Position numbers and translations under genes: made by a program. The notes under the pieces are model-generated. The model did no database searches, had not been told where the DNA came from, and saw nothing but the letters and a program-made list of their open reading frames with translations. Positions 1-11,204 of a stretch of 64,000 nt of DNA are shown here, one piece after another. Numbering within the stretch: the first letter of the stretch is position 1; every line of letters starts with the position of its first letter. The stretch lies in contig CAUYUJ010000003.1 of NCBI GenBank assembly GCA_963575745.1, forward strand, positions 1,364,001 to 1,428,000. Reading direction: 5' to 3'. Source of the DNA: Prorocentrum cordatum. Taxonomy: Eukaryota.

Positions 1-67
1 CTCGAATCAGGTCGCGCCCTCGAGCGCCCTTGTCCAACGGCATCAACTCAAACTGTCGACGGTCCGC

Positions 68-135
68 GCGGATTTCCTGGATCGGCGCTGGACCCCCTGG
101 CGCGCGGAGGCCCAGCGCAAATCCAAGAAATCCGC
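68..135. repeat. Palindromic hairpin repeat (MITE-like), copy 1
   Basis: Arms gcggatttcctggatcggcgctgg and ccagcgcaaatccaagaaatccgc are near reverse complements. A homolog lies at 36187-36303. Confidence 0.6.
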
Positions 136-199
136 AAAGACCGTCGAAAGTTTATGCTTATGCCACTTCTCCTCCTTCGACTCCATTCCTCTCGTGGGT

Positions 200-410
200 T
201 AACCTTCATGAGAGCCTTTGGACCTCCACGGCCCTATCCTAAGCGTGATTTCGACCGGATTTCGTCCAGATTTCGGCCACCCCTCTTTTATCCTTTCGTC
301 CAGATGTCGCCCAAATGTCGTCCAAATTTGGTGAACATGTCAACCAAATCCGACGAAGTCCAAACGGAATCACTAAAAAATCATTAATGTTGAGGCCCTC
401 TGAGGCTGCC
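200..410 (+). repeat. Interspersed repeat family R1, copy 1
   Basis: Shares ccttcatgagagcc...ctatcctaa.cgtg.tttcgacc...gatgtcgtcca...aaatccgac with 25620-25820, and partly with 10760-10930. Confidence 0.7.
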
Positions 411-1267
411 ATGTGACAGTTTTCCTTCCTCTGAGGCTCTGGGTACACGGGGGAGAGGGGGGTCGGGCGGGAGGTCACGGTAACGGCGGACGCAGCGTGC
501 ACCTGCCAGGGTGCGTCCGCGCCACCAGCGCATGAATCACCTGTGCTGTGTGCCCCCAGTATATAGAGGGAAGTCTAGGCCCACCTCCTAAAACTTACGA
601 TCGTTAAGGGTCATTGGGCGGGGTGTGGAGTGGTCCGGGTGACGAGCGTTATCCTGGGGAAGAGAAAAGAAACGTTCACCCCGAAAGACCACACAACCAT
701 CGGGGATCTACTGACCCGGGTCAATCCAGGCCCAGGCTAGTCAGGCATTGCAGGATCCTGCAGGATCCTGCAACCAGACCCGGGTCAATGCCACCCTGGC
801 GCTGCAGGACCCTGCGAGATCTGGCGCTCTGACTGACCCCCCTTTTGCATCGACCCCCGTCTCTTGAACCCCGCAACCACTCCCCCGTCTCCACCGGCCA
901 CGCGCCTGTGGGGTGGCTCCCCCGAGGGCCCTCCCGAGCGGTGAATCCGTCGGCTCCCCCCCACGGCACGGGGCGCTGGCCGCGCCCCGCGCCCGCCGCT
1001 GGCCGAGAGGGCGCGGGGGTCAAGGCGAGGGCGTGGGAAGGGTCTGGGTCGGGTGCTGCTGGAGACAGTTTTGCATGTTTCGGTGACGCAATCGCAACGC
1101 TGTCAGAAGGAACCCTGACTACGGAACGAGGCCCCTTTCTTCCATCAATGGAATTTCGGTCTCCCACGGAAAACCTAAGGAAACCTGAGGCACACTGTGG
1201 ACAATTAAGGAACACTGAGCCCCTCCCAACGAAAAGGGTTCCTTCTTCAGCGGCCCGACTGTAGCCC

Positions 1268-1360
1268 AGGGTATCCGAAGGGGGACATTGGGGGGACGGC
1301 CGATAACCTAGCTTTTTCGCCTTGGGCAGCCCCACGTTTGCCCGTGCGCCACAGCGCTGC
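1268..1360 (+). repeat. Interspersed repeat family R2, copy 1
   Basis: gacggccgataaccta...tgggcagccc...tgcccg is shared with 39070-39160. Confidence 0.6.
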
Positions 1361-1639
1361 GTACCGTCCTTCGGGCCTGCGCAACCGACAAGGTCATCCA
1401 AGGGGACGATGGGGGAGTGCGGGTCCGATAACCCAGGTGGTCGCCGCCTGGTCCCATAACAATGCAGTCTCCTAGAAGTGCCCCTGACCCAGGGAGCCCC
1501 CAGGATTTCCAAGGAGGCCCCCACGGCCTCCAGAGCACCCCTCACGAGGCCCAGGGGGCCCAGGGGCTTCAAAGTGGAGCGAAAAGCTGGGGGCAACTTG
1601 AGCCAGGGGCACCTTTAACAACCCCCGAGGGGGCAAACG

Positions 1640-2170
1640 GCGGCACATTCTGTCCACAGAACATCATCGTCAGGCAAACCATCGCCAGGCAGACGATCAG
1701 GCGGAGCCGACAGGTCAGCACTGTCAGTCTTAGGAGGCATCTTCTGATAGGTCTTTCGTCAGAGCGACTAAGGGCCATTGAAGCTAGATCGAGCTACTGT
1801 GCTCCCAAAGTTGTTATACAAACTGGAATATATCTGGTTACTTCAAGCGGATCGTAATCGATTGGATACTTTCTAAGCTCTAAGCAGCATGCTTGAGGAA
1901 CATATTGAAAGTGCCACATGCGTATCACTCCAGGGTGTCAAACGAGGAGTTGCGAGGAAGAGCGAAAACTAAACCATCGGCCGCAAACTTACTTCGCAAA
2001 CAACTCAAACTGTACGACCAAATCGCAGACTTCTCCGAGGATGTTGTGCTCCGGAAGCCTGTGTGCGAACCCGTGGCGTGAAGTCCAAAAAAGTGGTATC
2101 GTCATCGCAGGCGTGCACGACCAATTACAGTGGGCATCTTCTGTACACCAGCACGTGTTATCCCAATAAA
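1640..2170 (+). pseudogene. Degenerate 3' fragment of a non-LTR (LINE) RT ORF
   Basis: LRNILKVPHAYHSRVSNEELRGRAKTKP...LLRKQLKLYDQIA matches the post-RT 'LRxIL...SRVSNEEV...QLxxxGHIA' region of RTE/CR1-like LINEs. Stops and frameshifts lie upstream. Confidence 0.7.
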
Positions 2171-2779
2171 GTTGCCTCCCCCCTCCTCCTCCCCTTCAGA
2201 TGGCAGCGCGTTTGGCGGACTGCATCGCAGACGCGTTTGGCGTACTCTCAGCCGCCTAACTTGCGTATGCACCGTGTGGGCACCTGGCTTGACTTGACTT
2301 GACTTGCGTTGAACCAAATTATACGGGATCATGCCACGGTAGGCTGGTTTTCGGCCGCGGATGTGCCAGCGCCGATGCTGAAGTTCACCTCCCAGGAGTT
2401 TGCATCCTAACAAAATCCTGCCCCCATCCCCAGTGGGTCAAGGCCCCTAAGCGCCACCAGTCTACCCTCTTGAGGCGGGGGTGGTTGCCGCAAAACTCGA
2501 CGGATGCGGCATCGTTCCCAACCCAGGGAGTGTATCGCATAGCGGAATCAAAGGCTCCTAGTGGGGATGGTCGAATTATGCTGAGATGGGCCCATGAGCC
2601 GATGGGAGAAGGGCGGGCAGCCCGCTGGGTAAAGCACGAGCAAACCTTGCTAAAGACAACCACGAGAAGCTCAAAGAGAGCTCAGGACATACCAGGTGAG
2701 GCCGTTCGCGAGGAGAGGGAGCCCTGAGACTTTGGAGAAGATGCACGAGGGCGAGGTGGGCGAGGGGGGGGCGGGAGCG

Positions 2780-3080
2780 GGCGAGAATCTGGCAATCCAT
2801 GGACGACCCGCGGACCCAGGGGGCATGCATGGGAGTTGGCGGACAGCACGGTGGAGGTATTTGGGGCGGACTGCGCCAACGTCACATGTTAGGCCATTGG
2901 CGAGCCATGTCCGAAGGAAGCAAGGGGGGGTCTGAAACAACTTGCAGGAGGGCAGCGGAAGCCGCGGGCACGGAGAAGCGCGAGAGAGAAACTGTGCCAA
3001 TCATGGGCGAAATGTGGACGGGCCGCAGACAAGCTGGGGATGCCGTGATGGCGGCTGTGGAAAACTAGGGAGGGAGCATA
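2780..3080 (+). pseudogene. Degenerate RTE-like LINE 3' fragment
   Basis: Across frames, RWRYLGRT...WRAMSEGSKGGSETTCRRAAEA resembles the RTE tail 'RWRWLGHxLR...WxPEGKRxRGRPxxTWRR'. Confidence 0.45.
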
Positions 3081-3542
3081 ACGCTCGAGGAATTGCGTGC
3101 AGCGGCCACTCCGCGACCTGTCCACTCACCAGCCAGTCGACCTTTGACTTAAGCGACCATTAACTGCAGCGTCTGCAGATGAGCGAGAGCAACACTCGCA
3201 CGCAAGATGCAGCAGCTGCCAGGAGGAGTGGAGGGGCCCGCAAAGCACGCAGAAAAAGGGCCCTGGTGCTCCTGCTGTTTCCCCCCGCATGAGGCCGAAG
3301 CTCGACCGAGCCAGAGTTCGCTCGCCAGGCGCCCCTCGCCTGGGGATGCGAGAAGCGTCAGCGACGCAACTCCTCTCCTGCTGCGCTGCTGCGCTGCTGC
3401 CCTGCTGCGCTGCTGCCCTGCTGCGCTGCTGCACTGGCACGCGGGCGGGGCCTGCCGCGAGCAGCCACTCAAAAATATAATAGAAAGCTAAAGCGCTAGC
3501 GCCGCGCGGCCCCGCAAGAGTCTAGCACAGAAAGTTGGCGGC

Positions 3543-3695
3543 GCGCGCAGGGGGTAGGGGCAGGGGGAAGGCTTCTTAAAAGGAGGCTGTTTCTTAGACG
3601 GCACCGGCCCTACATCTACAGACAAGGCCCGCGCCTTGTAAGGAGGGGTGTTTCTAAGAAGCCTTCCCCCCTCCCCCATGCCCCCCTCTGCGCGT
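3543..3695. repeat. Short inverted-repeat (MITE-like) element
   Basis: Perfect 16-bp inverted repeat gggggaaggcttctta (3563-3578) / taagaagccttccccc (3655-3670), with imperfect outer extension. Confidence 0.65.
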
Positions 3696-3958
3696 GGCCG
3701 ATAAAGTCAAGCGCGAACCCACTGGATCTTCTTCCGCCTCCACCTTCGGGCGACGTCGACCGACCACCTCACCGACCCTGGACGGGCCCATCTCGTGGTC
3801 CCAGGATCGGTGCCTTTGCCTACCTGGCCAGAAGCCAGGAAGTGCATGCACCGATCCTGCGCCAAGGCGGCCCCGCCAGGATCGGTAGGGAGGTCCGTCC
3901 TTCTGGGTGCCCCGATCGAAAGGACTATCAAGCCTGCTCGGAGGCTGGTGTGTTTTGC

Positions 3959-4012
3959 GTGCCAAGCGCAGGTAGCTTTCGCCCTCCAGGGACTCTTCAG
4001 CCGAAATGGCAC
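3959..4012 (-). ncRNA. Minimal type I hammerhead ribozyme (3' repeat of the PLE)
   Basis: Minus strand reads gtgcca-tttc-gg-CTGAAGA-gtcc-ctgga-gggc-GAAA-gc-TA-cc-tgcgct-tggcac. It has the CUGANGA and GAAA cores, stem II, a palindromic AGCU in place of stem III, a UH cleavage site, and stem I with an internal loop. Confidence 0.75.
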
Positions 4013-4099
4013 TGCGCAGAAGCATCGGGTGAAAGGTCGCTCGCATGTACAGTTTTCTAACAAATGCAGGCCCTACCCTCCCTGCCACTGCCTGGTTTG

Positions 4100-5900
4100 C
4101 CAGGTTCGGAAATAACGTCTCAAAAACAGGTTCGGTCGTACACTCCGCGCTATGTGCGCTGACGCTGTCCGTCCGAAAGCCTTTCTTAGAAGACCTCTGT
4201 CTGAATTCAGTGCCGCACGCTAGTCTGCTGCGCGGACCTGGGAGCAGACCGGGACTTTCATGTAGAACTTGCGGACATGATTCGTGCGCATGCTTTGTCG
4301 CACTCTACGCCTGCAGCCCCTGAAAGCATTCAGCAGCGAAAAACACAGACTTGCTGTATATCCTCGCTCGGTCAGTTTCTGTATGAGAGTTCGTGCGTGG
4401 CGTAATGCATCAGATTTGTACTTGTTCCTCGCAAATGCTCTACGGATACACCCTGTCACTTCCGAATCGAACGCGCTCGGGCGATGGCAACTGCACGGAA
4501 TAACATACAAATATAACTTTTGAGGCTTCGAATACATCTCCCATTTGACGGCGTTGTCCGCGTCTCTGGACAAAACGGTATCTAGGAGCACTACTTGCTG
4601 ACCAGTGCCGGTCAACTCGGTTTGGACACTGCCTCTCCAGCTGTTTATGGCAGCTCCGAGCATCTCTGGCCCACCGGTCAAGATTGCTAGGATGTCATCA
4701 ACGAAGCGCTTGTAGAACTTCAGGTCTGCCTCCAGCGACCGCTCCAGGTGGTAGTCGACAGCTACGAGGTACAGATTTGCCAGGATCACTCCTGGAGCGA
4801 AACCGGTTGGGATGCCGTCGTCTGACGAACGCACATCCCCACCGAACTGTACTAGACAAGATTTCGAAACCACCTCCACGACATTCATGATGAAGGTGGC
4901 GAGGCCCTCCGCGAAAGAAGAACGTATGATTGGAGATACGTGTTCTAGGACATGACTCTGTTCCACAGGTGGGTGCAAGTTCTTCGCATCGTACGTGTGC
5001 ATCTTCCTGTTCTCGTCCAGTCGCAAATTCCTCAAACATTCCAGCAATATGTCTGTCGAGTTTAGCACGGTGCGGAAATTCTCCAGTAGGGGGCCAAGCT
5101 TTTCCACGAGGAACTTCCCGAAGGGTTCAACGAAGGTGCCGCTCATGTTGCACATGGGCCTCCCAGTTACTGGTGTCTTGTGCATTTTGACCCTGATCCT
5201 AAACGCTCCAACTTTCAAGGAAGCTGACAGATGTAGTAGAAACTGGAAACACTTACCATCCAAAACGTTGTTTTCGAGCGCTGATTCCGATAGCCGCTTT
5301 AGCAAGAATGTTCGTCGTACCGCGTACTCTTCGGCATCATCTCTGGAAAAGTGACGGAAACCAGCCTGGAGCTGCGCATGAACGAGTTCATTCAAAGATG
5401 ATATGAGAATCACGGCGTCTCCCAAGCCTTTGTCTGTCCACAATTGCCAGCTGGTCGGAATGCTGCTTGAGCCATTTCTCTGTTCTTCGGTCCAGCCAAT
5501 ATGTGTTCATAGTAGGGCTGCCGATGCAGACGCACACGTCTCTCTCCATCCTGCGCCGCAGCAGCCTGCAGTACGAAGATACGTCTGGATCGAGAGATGG
5601 AGGGTTCCACATACGATTCGTCAGCCTGCAGCGTGTGAGGTGTCTGGCTCGTTCGTGTGCCTGCTCTTCTCCGTCGAAAAACTTACATACGTGCAGTCTG
5701 CGCTCCAACGTCGTGCAACTTGACAGCATGTCCTTCTCTGTAATGGCCTGGCGTCTGGGATGAACTTCGAACCTTTAGAGAGGCACTGCATGACGAATTC
5801 GGGCACTTGGATGTCGGCATCGTGGGGGAGGAGGTTGCGCATGCCTCTCTGTACTAGACCATTGCAGCGTTTTGAGAACTTCGCCCGCAACGTCTCGGCA
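4100..5900 (-). pseudogene. Penelope-like reverse transcriptase (frameshifted; main ORF 4220-5443)
   Basis: LSKGSKFIP (PLE N-terminal motif), KMHKTPVTGRP, YDAKNLHP (motif A), GIPTG...LANLYL (motif B), YKRFVDD (motif C), thumb region YSKP..LYLY...CH.P...RGY, and PNLF near 4120-4135. Confidence 0.85.
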
Positions 5901-6739
5901 ATGACAAACTTGGTGAAGTAAACCTGCGTTCGATCAGCATCAAACCACGAAGATCTGCACCTCCTCCTCCCCGCTGCTGTTTGTTTGGCCTGCCTTTGCC
6001 TCGTCCACGGCCGCGGCCGTAGCGGCCGCGCCCCTTCCCTTTGCCGCCTGAGCTGCGATCGGAACGCCTACTTCCGGTGCTTCGGTGGCTTCGTGCTGAT
6101 CCGGACCGTGCTCTAGATCGAACTCTGTTCGGGACGCGCACTGATTGTGAAGGGGCTCTACTCTGTCTTCCTTGGGGTGGCCGTGTTGTTGACCGGCCAC
6201 GTCTGGAAGCTCCGCGTTGGCTCACTGATGTGCTTCGCCTGTGGGATGTACTTCGACCTCTTCGTCTGTCGCGCGATGCATTTCTCGAAGTCGTCCTCTT
6301 AGACGTTGGCCTCGTAGTGTGAGCTCTCGCTTGAGACGCAGGCGTCCTGTAAGTCCCACCAGCCCTTTGGGCGTGAGTGGTTTAGGGAGCTCTCTCTGTT
6401 CTCAACCCCCCGTCTTCCCCTTCGGGGAGGGGTTTACCCCTCCCCCGACCCCCTCCCCCTGGACCTGGAGAGGGGGTTTCGCGGGTCGTTGGAGGGGTCT
6501 TTTTCGACTCCTGGGAGGGCTAAAAAACGACGACCCTCACGAGGATTCTGGCCCCGACGGGGGGACCCAGTTTGGCCCCTCTGCTCTTCTTTAAAGCCAG
6601 AATCATTGATTTTACTACGGTTCTGGCTCCATTTTGGCGTCCTGGGGGGGCCGCGCTCATTTTCCGTCATAGCAAAGTCATTGCTTTTACCAAGGTTTTG
6701 GCCCCATTTTGTCCTTTTCAGGGGGCAGCTCTCGCTTGC

Positions 6740-6985
6740 GCTTCTGAGGAGGCCCCCAGAGGGGCCAAGATGGCCCCCTAAAGGCCTCCAGGAGGCTCCC
6801 AAGAGGCCTCCAAGAGGCCCCCCGGAGGCGCCCAAGCGGTCCCAGGAGGCCCCCAAGAGGCCCCCAAGAGGCCCCCAAGAGGCCTCAAGAAGCCCCAAGA
6901 GGCTCCCAAGAGGCCCCCCAGAGGCCCCCAAGAGGCCCCCCAGAGGCCCCAAGAGGCTCCAAGAGGCTCCCAAGAGGCCCCACGA
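6740..6985 (+). repeat. ~11-12 bp minisatellite (ggcccccaagag)
   Basis: Directly visible tandem units. Confidence 0.9.
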
Positions 6986-7390
6986 GGAGCCCGAACGACT
7001 CACACCAGGCCGAGGGGCCCGGACGACTCCCACCACGAAGAGCCCGAACGACTCACACCACAAGGAGGGGCCCGAACGACTCACACCAGGACGAGGCGCC
7101 CGAACGACTCACACCACGAGGAGCCCGAACGACTCACACCACGACGCGGGCCCCGAACGACTCACACCACGAGGAGCCCGAACGAGTCACACCAGGAGGA
7201 GGGGCCCGAACGACTCACACCAGGATGAGGGGCCCGAACAACTCACACCACGAGAAGCCCGAACGACTCACACCAGGACGAAGAGCCCGAACGACTCACA
7301 CCACGAAGAGCCCGAACGACTCACACCAGGAAGAAGGGCCCGAACGACTGACACCAGGACGAGAAACCCCAAACGACTCAAATCACGAGG
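6986..7390 (+). repeat. ~25-28 bp minisatellite with 18-bp core CCCGAACGACTCACACCA (~15 copies)
   Basis: Conserved core separated by short purine-rich linkers. Confidence 0.9.
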
Positions 7391-8947
7391 AGCGCTTTCT
7401 CTCCCTTCTCCTCCGCCTCGTCCTTCCCCCGCTCCCCCCACAAGGAGGATGTACAAGGAGGCGGGAGGAAGGAGGAACAGGGGAGATATGCGGGGCCAAG
7501 CGGACACACGCCTGAAAAACACGACTGTCGGCATGCTTCGCCAGAATTGCTGCTGTGAGATGGGCTGGTGGGGATACGCGAAGCGTAAAGAATTTCTGAG
7601 GGCGCATCTGGCTTGGGCCCCTTAGCCCTAGTGAACTTGAGCTTGTGGTATGTGACAAGCTCTTTGGCAAAATCTGCATTGGAATGAACCAAGTAGCGAA
7701 GAATGCCATCTTCTGGTACATGTGTATAACCTTTTGTCGTCTTTGCGCGACCGCCTGAGCTCGAGCAGTGCTAATGTCAATGTCTGCTTGGTGTCCAAGC
7801 TCCTGTATTTTGTCTCGGCATCTGTAAGCGCCTTGTCTCTCAGCTGTTCGACCTTGGACTGCTTCTCCAAGCGCCCGTGCGTCTTCGGGGGAGCGTCCCG
7901 AAGCAGAAACTCTACATACTTGGACGCCATGTCGTGGAGGTAGCCAAGGTTGGAAGCTGCGATGGGTTGACTGTTATGCCAACTCGAGAGTTTGTCTTGC
8001 AAGCGCCGCTTCACCGAATCTGGATTCACCTCTGCCGTAAACAGCTCCGTGCAGGCCTTCTGGTGCCGGACGATCAACTCCCAGCACTCTCTTGCATGCC
8101 TATCGCGCATGCTCTCCCATGCCTTCGTGACTGAGTAGTCCAACTGGTCTTGATTCTCACCCTCCTGAGGCACAGCACGTGCGATATGTAATATATATAT
8201 ATATGTCTTGGGACACTGCCAAGTGTATCTGCGCTCTGACTCAATATGGGGATGCTACTTGCCCTCTCCTTGCATCCGGTCGTATTTACTTTCTACTTGC
8301 ATCTGCGTCTCGTACGCCTTTAGCAAATCACGAAACTCTTTGCCAGACTCTCGGAAAATCTGTGCAGCTGTCGGCTCCACGTCTCGCAAGAGGTCGTCTG
8401 GGGAGCTGTACTTGTTCAGCTGCTGACAATCGAGGAGCCATGAAGGCTGTGCTTGCTGCTGCTGATTGGCGCTGTTCGTGCTCATCGTCTGCATTTGCTG
8501 TTGAAGTAGCTGCACCTGTTGTAGGAGAAGAGCGTTCTGTTGTGCGAGCAATTGTTCGACACTCATCTGCGGTTGCTGAACGCCCGCACCATGAACTGCA
8601 CCTGCAGGTTGAACTGGGACCGGCACGGCTGCGTTGGTCGGCTGCGCTGCCGGTGGAACGCTACTCGGCCTTGCACTGCTTGATCTGACACCATATGGAC
8701 GACGTTGATGAATATTTCCTCCTTGACACTATTGCTGCTCCTAACCGCTCGGACAGCGGTCTCGCGTCCGGTCCGCCAAGTGCTGCTGGAACCTCAGTGG
8801 CTTCTCTCGGCACGCTCACTGCAGCTGCGGCCGTGGATTCTCCCACATGCGCTCCGGTTCCATCCATGGCGGTGGCGACAGTCCAAATGTGATCAATCCC
8901 CCGATCGAAAGGACTACCAAGCCTGCTCGGATGCTGATGTGTTTTGT

Positions 8948-9001
8948 GTGTCAAGCGCAGGTAGCTTTCGCCCTCCAGGGGCTCTTCAGCCGAAATGGCA
9001 C
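8948..9001 (-). ncRNA. Minimal type I hammerhead ribozyme (5' repeat of the PLE)
   Basis: Minus strand reads gtgcca-tttc-gg-CTGAAGA-gccc-ctgga-gggc-GAAA-gc-TA-cc-tgcgct-tgacac. Stem II (GCCC/GGGC) is perfect. Confidence 0.75.
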
Positions 9002-9335
9002 TGCACAGAAGCATCGGATGAAACTGTACGTGCCCCCCGGATCGGTGCCTTCGCCCCCCGGATCGGTGCTTTCGCCCACCTGGACAAAAGCCAGGAAGGG
9101 TATACACCGATCCTGGGCCCGGGGTGGCCCCACCAGGATCGGCGTGGAGGTCTGACCCAGATGTGGACCCTATGAGGTCTGGACGTGTGGACCCCCTCCC
9201 CAAGACAAGGCGTCATTCTGAGCCAGCTCTTCACGGCCCAGGGGTCCTGGAAAAGGTTGTTGGAGGCTGAAAACTGCCAAACACCGTCCGACGTGATATT
9301 TGTCACGACACCATCCTGGTGCCCATCCTCCTTCA

Positions 9336-9548
9336 GAGGCCTCCTTGATGGGATCCGAGTAGACGAGGAACGAGGATCCCGACGTATCGCCGATGCATCA
9401 GCGATGCGCGATGCATCAGCGACGTCGGGGGTGCATCGGCGACGCCAGAGCGGAACAAAGCAGACTCCAAATCGAGCCGCATCGGCGATGCATCGGCGAT
9501 GCGATGCGGCGCTCTCCTCCGACCCCGTCTACTCGGACCCCACTTGGG
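9336..9548. mobile_element. MITE family R4, copy 1
   Basis: Inverted ends tccgagtagacg / cgtctactcgga and internal gcatcggcgatgcatc palindromes; homolog at 24670-24871. Confidence 0.65.
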
Positions 9549-10005
9549 CACAGGAGAGCACTCTTGTGTTCGCGGCGGTGATAACGGGCGTCATGTGAAT
9601 AGGGAGGGAGGGAGGGGGGGAGGGGGGCGAGGCGTAGCGCTCCTCCCCCCCCCGCCGCGTGGATCCGGAACCACCGACCGTGGTGGCGAACGCACTGCGG
9701 CAGTGCCGGGGATGCACTGGGCGGGGGGGGGGGGCGGGGGAGCGTTACGTTCTGGGGAGGGGAGGGGCGAAAAACATGTTGGGACGGAGCACAAATTTCA
9801 GCCCAAATTGGGAGCGAACATGTGGCCCAGAGGGTGCCCAGAGGGTGCCCAGGCAGTCTCCGGATCCTCTCCGACGGACCCCGCCGCCCGGCCGCGGGGC
9901 CTGCGAGCCACACCGTCCACGGCAGCAGCACGCCGTCCGCGCCCACGCTGCCGCTCGTGTACGCCTCGCGGCCGCGGGGGCCCGGGAGGGGCGCATGGGG
10001 TGCCA

Positions 10006-10150
10006 CAGGGCTGAATCTCAACGGTGCTTTTAGTTCTCGGTTTGTTTTTCGTTATTCCTTGTTTTGCCGTCGCTTCGCCGCGAATGCAAAACAAGGCGAA
10101 AAACACAACGGCCCACGAGATGGCCAAAACACCGTTTAGGTCCAGCCCTG
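10006..10150. mobile_element. hAT-type MITE with 8-bp TSD
   Basis: TIRs cagggctgaatctcaacggtg / caccgtttaggtccagccctg. Flanking 8-mers gggtgcca and ggatgcca are 7/8 identical. Confidence 0.7.
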
Positions 10151-10759
10151 GGATGCCACGGGAGCGCCACGAGGACGTATTTGGACGTGGGTTACAGTCA
10201 ACCCGCATAGTAGGGATGAGCAAACTTCCAAAGGGTACCCCTGCATCCTTGCCTCATCGGCCCATCCTGGGCGACTTTCGCTGGCCGATCTCGTTCGAAA
10301 AACGATAACGTGACCTTCCAAGGCCCTCGAATCCATACCGCCCATCCATATGATATGGGTTGACTGTAGGGTCAAGCGCCAACTTCGATACACTCGGCGC
10401 AGGAGCGAACGGGGACCGAAGGAGGGCCCGAGAAGACAAATGAGCGAGGGCCCCAGGAGAGGCACGGCAGCGCCACGTGGGCGGGGGGGGCAACTGGGGG
10501 GAGGGAGCATCGCCGACGGATCGGCGGCAGGACCCCGGCAGCAGAACCGCACGCTGCTGCAGGCTGCGAGGCGCCAGGAAGCGCCACGAAGCCAGATGGG
10601 ACGGTGTAGGCGAAGGGGGGGGGGCCAGCTCGGGGTGGGGGCACCAACTTGAATTGGGCGACGCATCGTCGACAGAGCGGCGGTAGGCCACCGACAGCGG
10701 CGCCGCACGTCCCAGGCCCCGGGAACGGGCCATAACCGTCATTCCGACTGGGTCTCCTC

Positions 10760-10930
10760 CACCTTATCTTCACTCTTTCGTCCAGATGTCGTCCAGATTT
10801 CGTCAAGATGTCGTCAAAATTTGGTCCAGACTTCGTTCGGATATTGACCGAATCCGACAAAACCAAACGAAACCTCCAAAACCGCAAGGAACTCTAGGAC
10901 CCTCTGAGGCTCCCATGAATGACCACAGAG
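10760..10930 (+). repeat. Interspersed repeat family R1, partial copy
   Basis: tatcttcact...cgtcaagatgtcgtc...ctctgaggctcccatgaa is shared with 200-410 and 25620-25820. Confidence 0.6.
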
Positions 10931-11204
10931 CCGCCACACTCGACGAAACGGCGACGGGCGTCATGCCTGTAGAGGGCCAGCAGGCAAACTCGAAATCAGG
11001 CAAAAAAGAACAGGAGGAGGGGAGAGGGGGGAGTCGGGAAGGAGGACCGGTGACCAGGGTGCTGTGCTCAAAACGAGAAGCCAACGCAAGAGGGTTGGGA
11101 GAAAGAGAGGTTGGCCAGGCGCGGAACACTCAAATTTTCACCACTTCCACTCGGCGCGAGGTGCACCGGCACCTGGATGACAGGAACCGAATAGAGAAAC
11201 TGGA

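Larger units (their letters stand above)
6400..7593 (+). mobile_element. Non-autonomous Helitron/Helentron-like insertion carrying minisatellites
   Basis: Starts with TC and has a 3' hairpin tacgc-gaa-gcgta (7575-7587). It sits between T and T, and excising it without a TSD joins the ORF1 pieces in frame (KPDAPSE-TERAP, then one stop). Confidence 0.5.
5854..8626 (-). pseudogene. PLE ORF1: Q-rich N-terminus, helical/coiled-coil middle, R/S/G-rich basic C-terminus; interrupted
   Basis: ORF pieces 8255-8626, 7628-8173, ~7594-7720 and ~5854-6399 join in order once a (TA)n expansion at ~8190 and the 6400-7593 insert are removed. Confidence 0.6.
3804..9152 (-). mobile_element. Endonuclease-deficient Penelope-like retroelement (PLE) with ORF1, RT ORF and hammerhead-bearing terminal direct repeats
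   Basis: PLE-type RT motifs at 4220-5890; direct repeats 3910-4033/8899-9022 and 3804-3895/9060-9152; upstream coiled-coil and basic ORF; no GIY-YIG motif visible. Confidence 0.8.

Noticed and set aside
721..1596. 291-aa minus-strand ORF
   Set aside because: Low-complexity GC-rich translation spanning interspersed repeats, with no motifs.
1597..1618. SL-like TGGCTCAAG on the minus strand
   Set aside because: Only the last 9 nt match and the 5' half does not align.
6379..6387. Telomeric TTTAGGG near an EN-less PLE
   Set aside because: A single unit inside the ORF1 coding region, with no array; expected by chance.
6986..7390. CRISPR-like array of an 18-bp repeat
   Set aside because: The linkers are under ~10 nt and similar to each other, there are no cas genes, and the context is eukaryotic. 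It is a minisatellite.
9060..9152. Second hammerhead in block X (GGGC-GAAAGC on the minus strand)
   Set aside because: No CUGANGA core in either copy, and the 3' copy lacks GAAA.
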